Origin: Bdellovibrionales bacterium
GTDB lineage: Bacteria > Bdellovibrionota > Bdellovibrionia > Bdellovibrionales > UBA1609
Assembly: GCA_965247685.1 (NCBI GenBank)
Contig: OZ252021.1
Span: forward strand, 1,201 to 65,200
Direction of reading: 5' to 3'
DNA length: 64,000 nt
Part shown: positions 1-10,422 of the stretch, piece after piece
Numbering within the stretch: position 1 is the first letter of the stretch
How the letters are laid out: every line of letters begins with the position of its first letter
The notes under the pieces: model-generated
Database searches by the model: none
Told to the model about the DNA's origin: nothing
The model's input: the letters and a program-made list of their open reading frames with translations, nothing else
Made by a program: the position numbers and the translations under genes

Positions 1-2
1 AA

Positions 3-404
3 AATGAAGCTCCAGAAGAAACTCCAACAGAAACTACAACTCAAGACGAAAAGATAGGAATATCTGACTTTATCTCCGTTGTCACCTCTCCTGATACTGT
101 GAAATTTATTTCCAAAAGATATCGACACTCACAAGCGTGCCTGCGTGATTTTACAAAACCCTGCTTTTGTGAAATTTTTCAAGTGAACAGTAAAACCGTA
201 GTAAAATATTCAAATCACAGCAGGGATCATTGCCACAACAAGGGCTTACTTGAAATTCAAAATGGCTACACATCCACTGAAACAAATCTCTACATTCAAG
301 GTTATAAGGAAAAAGGCTACTCATGCCATGTGACTGAAGATGAGAGTGATGAAGAAAAGAATGTGACCTCAATAAGAAGACTCTTTTGCACCCCTCCTTC
401 TTAA
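3..404 (+). CDS. 3' end of a gene entering from the left edge; hypothetical protein with a Thr/Glu/Pro-rich linker and a Cys-containing C-terminal region
   Basis: Frame 3 is open from base 3 (NEAPEETPTETTTQDEK...) and runs into the ORF-track entry 99..404, ending at TAA 402-404. The GTG at 99 is therefore probably internal. No family recognised. Confidence 0.35.
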   Translation, partial: NEAPEETPTETTTQDEKIGISDFISVVTSPDTVKFISKRYRHSQACLRDFTKPCFCEIFQVNSKTVVKYSNHSRDHCHNKGLLEIQNGYTSTETNLYIQGYKEKGYSCHVTEDESDEEKNVTSIRRLFCTPPS

Positions 405-466
405 AAATATTTCGATTGAAAATATCAAAAAAATTAGATATGTAACTTGAGGGAGTGATTTCTTAT

Positions 467-1372
467 ATGACACCACCTGTAAAAAAAATATTACAAAACT
501 ATCTATCTCAGTCTGCTGGAGTGCGCGCTAACCTTTACCGTATCCTCAATCATGGTGTTCTTGCTGGAACAGGAAAGGCAGTGATATTGCCTGTCGATCA
601 AGGTTTTGAACATGGACCTTCTAAAAGTTTTGCAGTCAATCCTGAAGCTTATGATCCTTTTTACCACGCAAAGCTTGCCATTGAATCGGGCTGCAATGCC
701 TTTGCTGCTCCCCTAGGCTTTATCGAATCTGTAGCTCACGACTATGCTGGAGCTCTTCCTCTTATTTTAAAAATTAATAACTCAGACAGTTTATACAAAG
801 ATGAGAAAGCACCTATTCCTGCTTTAACTTCTTCTGTGTCCACAGCATTAAAATTAGGCTGTGTGGGAATTGGCCTTACCATTTACCCTGCAAGCTCTCG
901 TCGAAAGCAACAATACGAAGAAATTGCGGAAGCTATCGAGTATGCCAAAGATGTCGGTCTTGTTGTTGTGATATGGTCTTACCCTCGAGGAGAGGGAATT
1001 TCTCAGGAAGGACAAACAGCTTTAGATGTGGTCGCCTATGCCGCCCACATTGCCTGCCAGCTAGGAGCTCATATTGTCAAAGTGAAACCGCCGACCTCTC
1101 ATGTCGAAAAAGAAACTTCCATTATTAAAAATATTCCTACAAAAACTTTAAGTGATCGAGTGGCTCATGTGATTCAATCTGCTTTTAATGGCAGGCGTAT
1201 TGTGATCTTTAGCGGTGGAGCAAAAAAAAATGAGAGCGAACTTTTGACAGAAGTAGAAGAACTTAAACAAGGTGGAGCTTTTGGAAGTATTGTGGGACGC
1301 AATGCCTTTCAAAGACCTAAAAAAGAAGCCATTGTCCTTTTACAAAAAATAATGAACATTTATAAAAAATAA
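467..1372 (+). CDS. fbaB: Class I fructose-bisphosphate aldolase (DhnA/FbaB type)
   Basis: LAGTGKAVILPVDQGFEHGP and the overall layout match my recollection of E. coli FbaB (LAGTGYLSILPVDQGVEH). I moved the start to ATG 467 because GAGGGAG (449-455) lies 11 nt upstream. The track start GTG 455 overlaps that ribosome-binding site. Confidence 0.85.
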   Translation: MTPPVKKILQNYLSQSAGVRANLYRILNHGVLAGTGKAVILPVDQGFEHGPSKSFAVNPEAYDPFYHAKLAIESGCNAFAAPLGFIESVAHDYAGALPLILKINNSDSLYKDEKAPIPALTSSVSTALKLGCVGIGLTIYPASSRRKQQYEEIAEAIEYAKDVGLVVVIWSYPRGEGISQEGQTALDVVAYAAHIACQLGAHIVKVKPPTSHVEKETSIIKNIPTKTLSDRVAHVIQSAFNGRRIVIFSGGAKKNESELLTEVEELKQGGAFGSIVGRNAFQRPKKEAIVLLQKIMNIYKK

Positions 1373-1373
1373 T

Positions 1374-2807
1374 ATGAGTGAGAAGAAAAATAAAAGACAA
1401 CTTTTAATAGATAAAGGTCTTAATCCTTATCCTATTAATTTCAAAAAAAATACTACAACTCAGCAAATTGCTCAGTCAAAATTAAAAATAGATCAAAAAG
1501 GAACTCTGGCCGGCCGCCTGATGCGTATTCGTCAAATGGGAAAAGCTTCTTTTTTTAATATTCAAGATGAATCAGGCCAATGTCAATGCTATGTCAAATC
1601 TCAAGACCTTTCTAAAGAAGATCAAATCTTTTTTGATCTCGTAGACATTGGAGATTTTATCGGTGTCACTGGAAAATTTTTCACTACAAAAAAAGGAGAG
1701 CCCACTTTAAGAGTGAATCAATTTAAAATTTTATGTAAAACAACAGAGCTTCTTCCTGAAAAATATCACGGTTTAGAAAATAAAGAACTTCGTTATCGTC
1801 ATCGCCATCTAGATCTGATTATGAATAAAAAAAGTCGTGACACTTTACTGACTCGCTCTCGAGTGATTCGATTTATTCGGGAATACATGAACAATCGTGG
1901 TTTTATTGAAGTGGAAACACCTGTTCTTCAACCGATTTACGGTGGAGCAGCAGCCCAACCTTTTTCAACGATCCATAACACACTCAACGTTCCATTTTAT
2001 TTAAAAATTTCTCCTGAACTTTATCTTAAAAGATTAATCGCAGGAGGATTCGAGAAGGTCTATGAAATTGGAAAAAATTTCAGAAACGAGGGAATGGATC
2101 GATTACACAATCCTGAGTTTACCATGATGGAGTATTACGAAGCTTACACAGACTATGAAGATCAAATGAAAGAATTTGAAAAACTGATACTTCATGTCGT
2201 TCAAACTATTAAAGGTAGTTCACAAATATCTTATCAAGGAAAAACTCTCGACTTTTCTACACCTTGGAGGCAGATAAGTATACAAGAGGGTATTAAGGAG
2301 CATGTAGGGATAGATATTTATTCTTCTTCTCAAAAAGAAATTATTCAAAAACTTAAAGAACTCAATATAGAGTACAATCCTCAATCCGGCTTTGGTGAAC
2401 TCATCATGACTTTATTTGAAGAATCTGTAGAAAAACATATCTGGAATCCCTGCTTTATTAAGGATTTCCCTCGTGATATCTCCCCTTTAACTAAAGACCA
2501 TCGAAATATAAAAGGTTTTGTGGAACGTTTTGAACCTTATGCTGCAGGAATGGAATTAGGAAATGCCTATTCGGAGCTGAATGATCCCATCGACCAACAT
2601 CAACGGCTCAAAGAACAAACTCGTGTCACAGAAGAAAATACACACCCTATGGATCATGACTTCCTTCATGCGGTCGGCGTTGGTATGCCTCCTATGGGCG
2701 GTGTAGGACTGGGAATTGATCGGCTCATTATGCTTCTCACTGATCAAAGCAGTATTCGTGAAGTTATTTGGTTTCCGACAGTCAAAAGCTCAGAAAATAA
2801 AGAGTGA
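1374..2807 (+). CDS. lysS: Lysyl-tRNA synthetase, class II
   Basis: Has an OB-fold N-terminus, ELRYRHRHLDLIMN, class II motifs (FRNEG..., GVGLGIDRLIML) and a length of 477 aa. The start lies 1 nt after the fbaB stop. Confidence 0.95.
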   Translation: MSEKKNKRQLLIDKGLNPYPINFKKNTTTQQIAQSKLKIDQKGTLAGRLMRIRQMGKASFFNIQDESGQCQCYVKSQDLSKEDQIFFDLVDIGDFIGVTGKFFTTKKGEPTLRVNQFKILCKTTELLPEKYHGLENKELRYRHRHLDLIMNKKSRDTLLTRSRVIRFIREYMNNRGFIEVETPVLQPIYGGAAAQPFSTIHNTLNVPFYLKISPELYLKRLIAGGFEKVYEIGKNFRNEGMDRLHNPEFTMMEYYEAYTDYEDQMKEFEKLILHVVQTIKGSSQISYQGKTLDFSTPWRQISIQEGIKEHVGIDIYSSSQKEIIQKLKELNIEYNPQSGFGELIMTLFEESVEKHIWNPCFIKDFPRDISPLTKDHRNIKGFVERFEPYAAGMELGNAYSELNDPIDQHQRLKEQTRVTEENTHPMDHDFLHAVGVGMPPMGGVGLGIDRLIMLLTDQSSIREVIWFPTVKSSENKE

Positions 2808-2810
2808 TTA

Positions 2811-4868
2811 ATGAGATCTGAAGAATTTCTTGAAACATCTTTGCAATTTGTTAAAGGTGTAGGACCTCACCTTGCAGAACGGTTGTTTAAAAAAAATCTC
2901 CACAAAATAGAAGACCTACTTCACTTTTACCCTCGTGCTTATCATCATGTTCAAGCTGTTCAAAATGTTCAAGAATTGCATGAGGGTCAGCATGCTATTT
3001 TAAAAGGAGAAATTTTTAGAAAAAACATTATTCAAAGATCTAAAAGATCGTCCTTATATGTTGTTATGCTCAGAACGCATGACCAAGATTTCGTAACTTT
3101 AAAATACTTTAAGCTTCCTTATAAAGGATTTTTCGACTCCATCGAAATAGGTCAGAATGTTCAAGTTTATGGAGAAGTTTTTTCTTATAACGGAAAAATG
3201 GAATTTCATCATCCTGAGTTTTTACCTATAGATTACAAAATGGAGACTGGAGTGATTCCCGTTTACTCTGAAATAGAGGGAGTCAGCAATCAAAAACATT
3301 CTAAAATACTCCATACTATTTTTCAGATGATAGAAAGTAATGACCACAATGTGAATTTTTTACCAGAATGGATGTTGGAAAAATTTAATCTTATGAATAC
3401 TTTTGAAAGTTTAAAAGATATTCATAACCCCTCTCAAGCTGAACCTGATCTTTATTTAAAACACCAAGCCCCTTGTCAAAAGACACTCATTTTTGAAGAG
3501 CTTTTTAAATTACAGCTTCATTTATGTCTGAAGAAAAAAAGAATTAAAAATCGATCATCTTATCCTATTCACTCCGAAGGACGACTTTCTAAACAACTGA
3601 TTCAATCTTTGCCCTTCTCTCTCACTCATGCCCAACAAAGGGTTTTTCAAGAAATCACAGATCAGATCAAACACCCCCACCCGATGTATCGATTAATTCA
3701 AGGTGATGTAGGTTGTGGAAAAACACTCATTGCATTTCTTTCTTCATGTCAAGTGATTGAAAGTGGGTATCAATGTGCTTTTATGGTACCTACAGAAATT
3801 CTAGCAGAACAACATTTTAAACAAGCACGATTGAGATTAAAGGATTTATCTATTCAACTTCTCACCTCTAAAGTGAAAAATAAAAAAACTATTTTAAAAT
3901 CTATTGAAACTGGAGAGTGTCAGCTTTGTATTGGAACTCACGCTCTTTTACAAGAGTCGGTAAAGTTTAAAAATTTAGGATTAGTGATCATTGATGAGCA
4001 ACATCGATTTGGAGTGTATCAAAGGCACTCTTTAGCAGAAAAAGGCAACACTCCTCATTGCTTAGTTATGACAGCCACTCCGATTCCACGAACTTTATCA
4101 ATGACTCTTTATGGAGATTTAGATATTTCCATTGTGAATGAAATGCCTCCAGGGCGTCAGCCTATCGTCACAAAAAAAACGAGAAAGAGAAAAGAAGTCT
4201 TTGAGTTTTTAGAAAAAGAAGTTTCTAAAGGCCGTCAAGCTTATGTTGTTTATCCTTTAATCGAAGAAAGTGAAAAAATGGATTTAAAAAATGCAACAGA
4301 GCAGTTTGAAAAATTGAAAAACAGTTTTCCTCATATTCGCTGGGCTTTACTGCATGGTCAGATGAAGACTGAGGAAAAATCTCAAGTAATGAAAGATTTT
4401 ATTTCGAATAAAATTCAAGTGCTTGTGACCACCACAGTGATTGAGGTCGGGGTCGATGTTCCGAATGCTACTTTGATGATTGTAGAGCATAGTGAAAGGT
4501 TTGGTCTTTCTCAACTTCATCAACTCAGAGGACGGATAGGAAGAGGATCGGAAAAAAGTTATTGTGTTTTGATTTTAGGAGATAGAGTTTCTAAAGAATC
4601 TTATATGAGAGCAGTCGTAATGGAGAAATACTTGGATGGCTTTCAAATTGCAGAGGAGGATTTAAAATTGAGAGGAGCGGGTGAAATATTTGGAACAAAG
4701 CAGTCCGGAGATTTGAATTTTAAAATTGCAAACTTTATCCGTGATGTGGAAATTCTTCAACAGGCAAGAAAGGTCGCCACTGATCTGTTGGAAAGTGATC
4801 CTTTATTGGAGAAAAATCCAATATTGAAAAAAGAAATGGAAAAAGTATCTAAAATTCGATTGATTTGA
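2811..4868 (+). CDS. recG: ATP-dependent DNA helicase RecG
   Basis: Carries helicase motifs GDVGCGKT, DEQHRFGV, TATPIPRT and QLHQLRGRIGRG, and is 685 aa long. The start lies 3 nt after the lysS stop. Confidence 0.95.
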   Translation: MRSEEFLETSLQFVKGVGPHLAERLFKKNLHKIEDLLHFYPRAYHHVQAVQNVQELHEGQHAILKGEIFRKNIIQRSKRSSLYVVMLRTHDQDFVTLKYFKLPYKGFFDSIEIGQNVQVYGEVFSYNGKMEFHHPEFLPIDYKMETGVIPVYSEIEGVSNQKHSKILHTIFQMIESNDHNVNFLPEWMLEKFNLMNTFESLKDIHNPSQAEPDLYLKHQAPCQKTLIFEELFKLQLHLCLKKKRIKNRSSYPIHSEGRLSKQLIQSLPFSLTHAQQRVFQEITDQIKHPHPMYRLIQGDVGCGKTLIAFLSSCQVIESGYQCAFMVPTEILAEQHFKQARLRLKDLSIQLLTSKVKNKKTILKSIETGECQLCIGTHALLQESVKFKNLGLVIIDEQHRFGVYQRHSLAEKGNTPHCLVMTATPIPRTLSMTLYGDLDISIVNEMPPGRQPIVTKKTRKRKEVFEFLEKEVSKGRQAYVVYPLIEESEKMDLKNATEQFEKLKNSFPHIRWALLHGQMKTEEKSQVMKDFISNKIQVLVTTTVIEVGVDVPNATLMIVEHSERFGLSQLHQLRGRIGRGSEKSYCVLILGDRVSKESYMRAVVMEKYLDGFQIAEEDLKLRGAGEIFGTKQSGDLNFKIANFIRDVEILQQARKVATDLLESDPLLEKNPILKKEMEKVSKIRLI

Positions 4869-5069
4869 ATTCAAAATAAAACAATTAAACTAATCTCGAA
4901 TTATTCTAAAAATTGATTTGAATTCTGATTGATTCAGTAATCTCAATGATTAGACTCAGATATTTTGTAATTGTGGAAAAAGTTCTGTGACAGGAGTGAT
5001 ATTTACTTGAAATCCCATAAAAAGGAAAAAATCATTTCTCAATTTATTTTATTATAATGATCTATTTAA

Positions 5070-6137
5070 TTAAAAGAGATTATCGATTCTGTCTTCGTCG
5101 TGTAAATCATCACAACGATCATTCTTCGTTCTGCCTACAATGTCATCATAATTTTCTAAGTCATCAAAAATACCATCGGCAAAACTCCACATATCGCCTC
5201 CAAAAACATCATACTGGCAGTAAGTAGCCTGTAAACATTGTTTCACTTCAACCTCATCTTCATTTTCATCAGTCATATTTTTACAAAGCTCCACAAGAAT
5301 ACTATGTCCGTATTGAATAGCTTGATCATTTTCTTCGTCAATGGCATAGCTCATAAAGCGATCAGTACCAAAGTTTTCTGGTTCTGCTTCCATAAATTGA
5401 TACCAAGCTTGACCCCACAATTCGTCTGAACCTAAGTCTAAATCTCTAAGAAAAACACCCTGCTCACTATTTTTTACTTCTACACTAATGCCCCTATTAA
5501 CAACATCTGTAAGTTTTAAGCAAGTAGCATCATTGCTACAAAACTTATCTCTTTCAAATGCTGCAACATTTGCTAGAGTTGCACCAATACTATTAAAAAG
5601 TTCTATACCAAAATCAAGCATATCTTCACTTTCCACAAACACTTCCGAGACATCTTCATTTTCAGCAATCCATTGAAGTATCACTTCTGAGTTATCTTTT
5701 CTAGCTGCCCTAGTATCCCCCCATGCTTCATCGTTATAACCCACTCCTTCTCCTTCCGCAATCTTCACTAAAGTGGCTGAGCCTATCTCGACATAAGATC
5801 TCAAATCATCGGAATCAATATCTTCTAAATCATTTAAATCGATATCATCATCTAAAAGAACATCTGCCACTTTAGCAAGAGTGCTCACTTCTCTGTAGCT
5901 CATGTCATAACATTGAAATCTTTCGGATGTGGAGTCAAAAATGTCGTCACAAATATCTTCACAACTATCACGGCTCGCACAAGATCGAACGACGGGTTCA
6001 TCATCGTCGTCGTCACCACCATCGACTACTGATGGAAGCGGAACACTCGGGAAATTACAAGAGATGACCAAAAAAGCAGAGCATAATGAAAAAACAAAAA
6101 CAGAAAACACTATTTTCAAGATATATCGTATGTTCAT
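5070..6137 (-). CDS. Acidic Cys-motif lipoprotein, family member 1 (uncharacterised)
   Basis: Signal peptide with a lipobox-like LVISC, a DDDDDE run, then CASRDSCEDICDDIFDSTSERFQCY. It is homologous over its full length to the proteins at 43032..44018 and 44038..45051. Confidence 0.8.
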   Translation of the reverse strand: MNIRYILKIVFSVFVFSLCSAFLVISCNFPSVPLPSVVDGGDDDDDEPVVRSCASRDSCEDICDDIFDSTSERFQCYDMSYREVSTLAKVADVLLDDDIDLNDLEDIDSDDLRSYVEIGSATLVKIAEGEGVGYNDEAWGDTRAARKDNSEVILQWIAENEDVSEVFVESEDMLDFGIELFNSIGATLANVAAFERDKFCSNDATCLKLTDVVNRGISVEVKNSEQGVFLRDLDLGSDELWGQAWYQFMEAEPENFGTDRFMSYAIDEENDQAIQYGHSILVELCKNMTDENEDEVEVKQCLQATYCQYDVFGGDMWSFADGIFDDLENYDDIVGRTKNDRCDDLHDEDRIDNLF

Positions 6138-6183
6138 AAAAATTTTCCTTCTAAAATTATTCTATAAACCACATCGACATTTC

Positions 6184-6206
6184 AAAATACCTTCAGTAGG
6201 TATTTT
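6184..6206 (-). terminator. Candidate intrinsic terminator downstream of bamB
   Basis: AAAATACCT-tcagt-AGGTATTTT forms a perfect 9-bp stem with a 5-nt loop, with the A/T tracts inside the arms. It lies about 70 nt after the bamB stop. The stem is AT-rich and therefore weak. Confidence 0.3.
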
Positions 6207-6273
6207 GTCAATATTAAGAAAAAACAAGTCTATAGTCTTAATTTTTAGACCAAAAAACAATGAAAATAATACA

Positions 6274-7377
6274 CTAAAAGAGAAGTGAAAACTTATAAAG
6301 CCATGCTTCGGTAGATAGCACATACATTTCTTGAGAAAGAGAATCCACCACAGGCTCCACTGTTACACCATTAAATAAATCTAAACTGTGCACCAGCAAA
6401 CCGTTACTTACTCTGATAAAATTAAAATCTCCTTTAGATGTGCCGTAGATCAGAAAAGATTTGTAAAGAACAGGTCTCGTCGCCAATCCCTTCACCTGAT
6501 GAGTCCATAAAACCTCTCCTGAAAAACGATTCAACGCTACAATATTCCCCTTAGTCGAGGAATAATAAAGACGAGATCCACTCACAGTCGGAGCATTATG
6601 ACTTCCCTCTTTATATCGCCAAACTATGCGGCCTGTTTTTCTGTTCAAATTGTAAAGACCTCCATCGTAGCTTGCCACATAGATATGATCACCCTTTACC
6701 ACTGGAGAAACATCCACATCCTTAAATCGATGACTCTTCTTTGATAAAGAAACTCTCCAAACCCATTGACCTGTTTTTCTATTCAATGCCACAAATAAAC
6801 CATTTGAAAAACCTGCATACACAAAATTTCTATCCACTACTGGGCGACCTACTCCACGAATGCTCATCGTATGGGTAGAGTCCATCTTATATGTCCAAAA
6901 CTCCTGACCCGTTTTAATATCCAATGCATAAAGTTTATCTTTTGAAGTTAAGAAATAAATCACATTATCTTTTACAAAAGGTTCACCCAGATTTTCCACA
7001 CCTGTATAAAACTTCCAAAGCATCAAGCCTGTCTTTAATTCTAAACAATAAAAAAATCCATCCGATCCACCAAAGACCACACGATTATTTTTTACAACAA
7101 GACCACCTTCTACTCCTCCTAATACGGAAAAATACCACTGCAAATTACCGGTTTGACGATCATAAGCGCGCACTCCATATAAAGAATCGGGCTGCAACAC
7201 TAAATCCTGAGTGAGTAATGTTTTGGCTCTTTGTAAAACTCTAGTCCTCAAATAAGGCTTAGATAATGTGTTGAGCACCCATTTTTTTCTCACCTCTTCA
7301 CTAGAGATCATAGACTTCGACATATTTTGACAAGAAACACAAAAAACTAACAAAAATAATGAAAATAAAATTCTCAT
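6274..7377 (-). CDS. bamB: Outer membrane protein assembly factor BamB (PQQ-like beta-propeller lipoprotein)
   Basis: Lipoprotein-type signal (FCVSCQN). Repeated propeller blades each end in an aromatic W pair (LQWYF, LWKFY, EFWTY, WVWRV, IVWRY, VLWTH). It sits directly downstream of a YfgM-like gene, as in E. coli yfgM-bamB. Confidence 0.8.
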   Translation of the reverse strand: MRILFSLFLLVFCVSCQNMSKSMISSEEVRKKWVLNTLSKPYLRTRVLQRAKTLLTQDLVLQPDSLYGVRAYDRQTGNLQWYFSVLGGVEGGLVVKNNRVVFGGSDGFFYCLELKTGLMLWKFYTGVENLGEPFVKDNVIYFLTSKDKLYALDIKTGQEFWTYKMDSTHTMSIRGVGRPVVDRNFVYAGFSNGLFVALNRKTGQWVWRVSLSKKSHRFKDVDVSPVVKGDHIYVASYDGGLYNLNRKTGRIVWRYKEGSHNAPTVSGSRLYYSSTKGNIVALNRFSGEVLWTHQVKGLATRPVLYKSFLIYGTSKGDFNFIRVSNGLLVHSLDLFNGVTVEPVVDSLSQEMYVLSTEAWLYKFSLLF

Positions 7378-8075
7378 AGCAAATCTCTCACTTTTTCTTT
7401 CACTTGAAGAAGTCTGTCATAATGAACAACTCTTTCCTTATAAAGGCTGTCTTCTTTTGCTAACTCTAAATAAATGTTTCTTGCTTTTTCCTTTTCCCCC
7501 ATCTCCTCATAGCATAAGGCCATCTTTAAAAAAACTTCTTGATGAAAAGAAGAGGTGGCATCATTGGAAGCCACTTTAGAAAAAAAGTGTAAAGCACGAG
7601 TATAATTTTTCTGATTCATAAAAAGCACACCTAATTGATAAAGCAATGCGTGGTAAACCCATCCTTTTGAGGAAGACTGTTGACTCATATTTTCTAATAA
7701 AGACAACGCTTCTTTTTCTTCATCATATTGAATTAAAAAATATGCCAACTCTACAGACGCTATCCAGTGAGCCACACGATAAGAGTTTTTTGAAAGTAAA
7801 AAATTCTTATAATCCTCAAGCTCTTTTGAAAAAACCTTTATACTCTTAGCTTTTTTCAAAGCAAAAAAACTAGATGCTGCTCCGTACACCTCACCGCCGG
7901 CCTTCTTTTCTGCTGCTACTAAACGACTGCGATAAGGATAAATATCTTCTTCAGCTTGATGATTTTGAAAATTATTGTAATAACCCCAGCCCAACCAGCC
8001 AGAAAAGCCAAAAAACAAGACCCCAACTCCTACAACAATGTAGTAACGATATTTATAAAAATCCAACTTTTTCAC
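7374..8075 (-). CDS. YfgM-like membrane-anchored TPR-like protein
   Basis: N-terminal TM helix (YYIVVGVGVLFFGFSGWLGWGYY) followed by a helical TPR-like C-terminal domain. It has an ATGA overlap with bamB, and the position matches E. coli yfgM. Confidence 0.55.
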   Translation of the reverse strand: MKKLDFYKYRYYIVVGVGVLFFGFSGWLGWGYYNNFQNHQAEEDIYPYRSRLVAAEKKAGGEVYGAASSFFALKKAKSIKVFSKELEDYKNFLLSKNSYRVAHWIASVELAYFLIQYDEEKEALSLLENMSQQSSSKGWVYHALLYQLGVLFMNQKNYTRALHFFSKVASNDATSSFHQEVFLKMALCYEEMGEKEKARNIYLELAKEDSLYKERVVHYDRLLQVKEKVRDLL

Positions 8076-8129
8076 TCTATTTATATTCTCCTTATTGTAA
8101 AATAGAAAATCTTTTCCATTTTTTTCTTT

Positions 8130-9188
8130 TTACATCAATCTATCCCGAGAGTATATCTTTTCATACTTTTTTCGAGCCATATCTGATGCAATTTGACTCG
8201 TTGGTAATTTTTTTCTATGTGATTCCTGCAGAATATCTTGAATGAGAACTCCGATTTGATTCACTCTCTTGTAGGTCTCATCCAAACTCTTTTGCCTTAA
8301 GCCTCGAGTTACTACACCAATGAGTCCGCCGGAATTCACCGCAAAATCTGGTAAATAAACAATCCCTCTCTTAAAAAGCTCTTTGCCGGCTGCATCTGAA
8401 CTCAACTGATTATTAGCTGCTCCTGCAATAATTTTACAATTCAACTCCCCCATCACAGTCTCAGTAAAAACATCTCCAGCCGCACACGGAGAAAAAATAT
8501 CACAAGACTCCTGATGGGCATGCTCCGGAGAAACCACCCGAATATCACCACTTAAATTTTTAATCTCTTGCACTTTTTTTTCATCAATATCTGAAATCAC
8601 TAAATGCACCCCTTCTTTAAGTAACTCTTCACAAAGCACTTGACCCACATTACCTAATCCTACAACAGTCACTTTAAGTCCTTTCAAAGAAGACTTATTC
8701 CATTTCTCTCTCGCAACAGCTCTCATACCTGCTATCACGCCATATGCCGTGTAAACACCCGGATCTCCCGCACCACCGCTGGCATCATTGTAGCCAGTCA
8801 CATAATCCGTATTCTTCTTTAACAAATCCATATCTGTTGAATCACTTCCCATATCTACAGACACGATGTAACGACCTTTTAAAGAGTTCACAGCTTCTGC
8901 AAATGCTTTCAGCAGTTGTGGAGTTTTTTTCTTAAAATTTTTAGGAATTATAACGACGGATTTGCCACCTCCAATATTGAGATCACAAAGAAGAGATTTG
9001 TAGGTCATGTGTTCCGATAATCGTAGAACATCTCTCAAAGCTTCCTCTTCTGAATCAAAAGAATGAATACGACATCCACCTAAACTCACACCAGAATAGG
9101 TCGTATGGACAGCGATGATTGCCGATAAACCTACTGTATCGTTCTTATAAAAATACACACCTTCATGATTGCTATTCCATTTTTTCAT
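8130..9188 (-). CDS. Leu/Val/Phe (Glu/Leu/Phe/Val family) amino-acid dehydrogenase
   Basis: LSAIIAVHTTYSGVSLGGCRIHSF, CDLNIGGGKSVVI and the Rossmann motif VTVVGLGNVG resemble leucine dehydrogenase of about 360 aa. I chose ATG 9188 as the start (GGAGG and AAGGGA upstream) over the track's TTG 9227. Confidence 0.85.
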   Translation of the reverse strand: MKKWNSNHEGVYFYKNDTVGLSAIIAVHTTYSGVSLGGCRIHSFDSEEEALRDVLRLSEHMTYKSLLCDLNIGGGKSVVIIPKNFKKKTPQLLKAFAEAVNSLKGRYIVSVDMGSDSTDMDLLKKNTDYVTGYNDASGGAGDPGVYTAYGVIAGMRAVAREKWNKSSLKGLKVTVVGLGNVGQVLCEELLKEGVHLVISDIDEKKVQEIKNLSGDIRVVSPEHAHQESCDIFSPCAAGDVFTETVMGELNCKIIAGAANNQLSSDAAGKELFKRGIVYLPDFAVNSGGLIGVVTRGLRQKSLDETYKRVNQIGVLIQDILQESHRKKLPTSQIASDMARKKYEKIYSRDRLM

Positions 9189-9253
9189 ATTTCCCTTTTT
9201 TGCCTCCAACACCTTCTCAGTATTCAATGAACCCGCACGTACGCAAATAAAAA

Positions 9254-10345
9254 TTAGTTTTTCAATTTTGCAATTTGACTAAGCAAGTCCAACTCTTTTT
9301 TCTTTAATTTTTTAGGAATCTGGACTTGAATATTATAAATCAAAGATCCCCTTCTTCCACCAGAAGCTAAAAGCGGAAGACCTTTATTTCTTAATGTAAT
9401 TTGTTCTTCCGGTTGAACTCCTTTTGGAATTTGAATATAAATGGGATCCTCTTCTAAGGAAGGAGCTTGAACTTCAGCTCCCAATATTGCTTGAAGATAA
9501 GAAATTTTAACATTTGCTATCAAGTCTACTCCCCTTCTTTCGAAAAAAGGATCATCTTTCACTTTAATCTCTACATAAAGATCCCCCTGCCTTCCTCCCT
9601 TGTAGCCCATTTCACCTTCGCTTCTTACTCGAAGACGAGTGCCTGTCTCTACTCCTTTGGGAATTTTTACGGAAAGTTGTTTTTTCTGTTTGGCTTCTCC
9701 CTTTCCATGGCAGCTTCCGCAAGGAAAATCCACTATCTCTCCTCGACCTGCACACATATCACAAGTGGAAGAAAAAGAAATAAAACCCTGACTCCTCATT
9801 TTCTGTCCTCGTCCATTGCATTTCGAACAAGTTTTCAAAGCTTTACCATTTTTAGCTCCTGTACCTTTGCATTGTTCACAATTTAAAATAGACGAAAACT
9901 CTACAACCTTCTCACAACCATAAAGGACATCTTTTAAAGTGACTTCTTGGTGATACCTTAGATCGGCACCCTCCCGACCCTGACGAGAAGGTGCTGAGGA
10001 TCGACGAAAAAGATCTTCAAAGCCGCCACCGCGACCCATACCTCCAAAATTCATCTGATCAAAAATATCAGAGAAAGATTCAAAAATATCGTGAACATCT
10101 CTAAAGCTATGAGCTCCACCTGCATGCTGGAATTGAGTATGACCAAATTGATCATATTGAGCTTTTTTTTGTGCATCACCTAAAACTTGATAAGCTTCGG
10201 AGGCTTCTTTAAATTTTTCTTCTGCTTCTGCACTTCCTGGATTGCGATCGGGATGATATTTTAAAGCTTGTTTACGGTAAGCATTTTTAATCTCTTTATC
10301 GGAAGCGTCCCGAGAAACACCCAGTATATCGTAATAATCAGACAT
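9254..10345 (-). CDS. dnaJ: Molecular chaperone DnaJ
   Basis: J domain ([33 protein letters not shown]), a G/F region and four CxxCxGxG zinc-finger repeats. No dnaK or grpE is adjacent. Confidence 0.95.
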   Translation of the reverse strand: MSDYYDILGVSRDASDKEIKNAYRKQALKYHPDRNPGSAEAEEKFKEASEAYQVLGDAQKKAQYDQFGHTQFQHAGGAHSFRDVHDIFESFSDIFDQMNFGGMGRGGGFEDLFRRSSAPSRQGREGADLRYHQEVTLKDVLYGCEKVVEFSSILNCEQCKGTGAKNGKALKTCSKCNGRGQKMRSQGFISFSSTCDMCAGRGEIVDFPCGSCHGKGEAKQKKQLSVKIPKGVETGTRLRVRSEGEMGYKGGRQGDLYVEIKVKDDPFFERRGVDLIANVKISYLQAILGAEVQAPSLEEDPIYIQIPKGVQPEEQITLRNKGLPLLASGGRRGSLIYNIQVQIPKKLKKKELDLLSQIAKLKN

Positions 10346-10422
10346 AAAATGAACCCTTAGAAACTACTTTAAGAAAATGTGTGATGTACAGATTAAACAG
10401 TCAAGCTAAAATAAAATTATTT

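Noticed and set aside
5238-5676. Antisense 'shadow' ORFs in the track. Examples are 5238..5429, 5488..5676, 5929..6288, 9467..9886, 21280..21633, 22217..22531, 32841..33155, 51054..51510, 52548..53462, 54726..55395, 56289..57177 and 57464..57922.
   Set aside because: Each lies entirely opposite a long ORF with strong family or structural support. They have low-complexity or odd composition, no ribosome-binding site and no recognisable motif. They are typical antisense open frames in AT-rich DNA.
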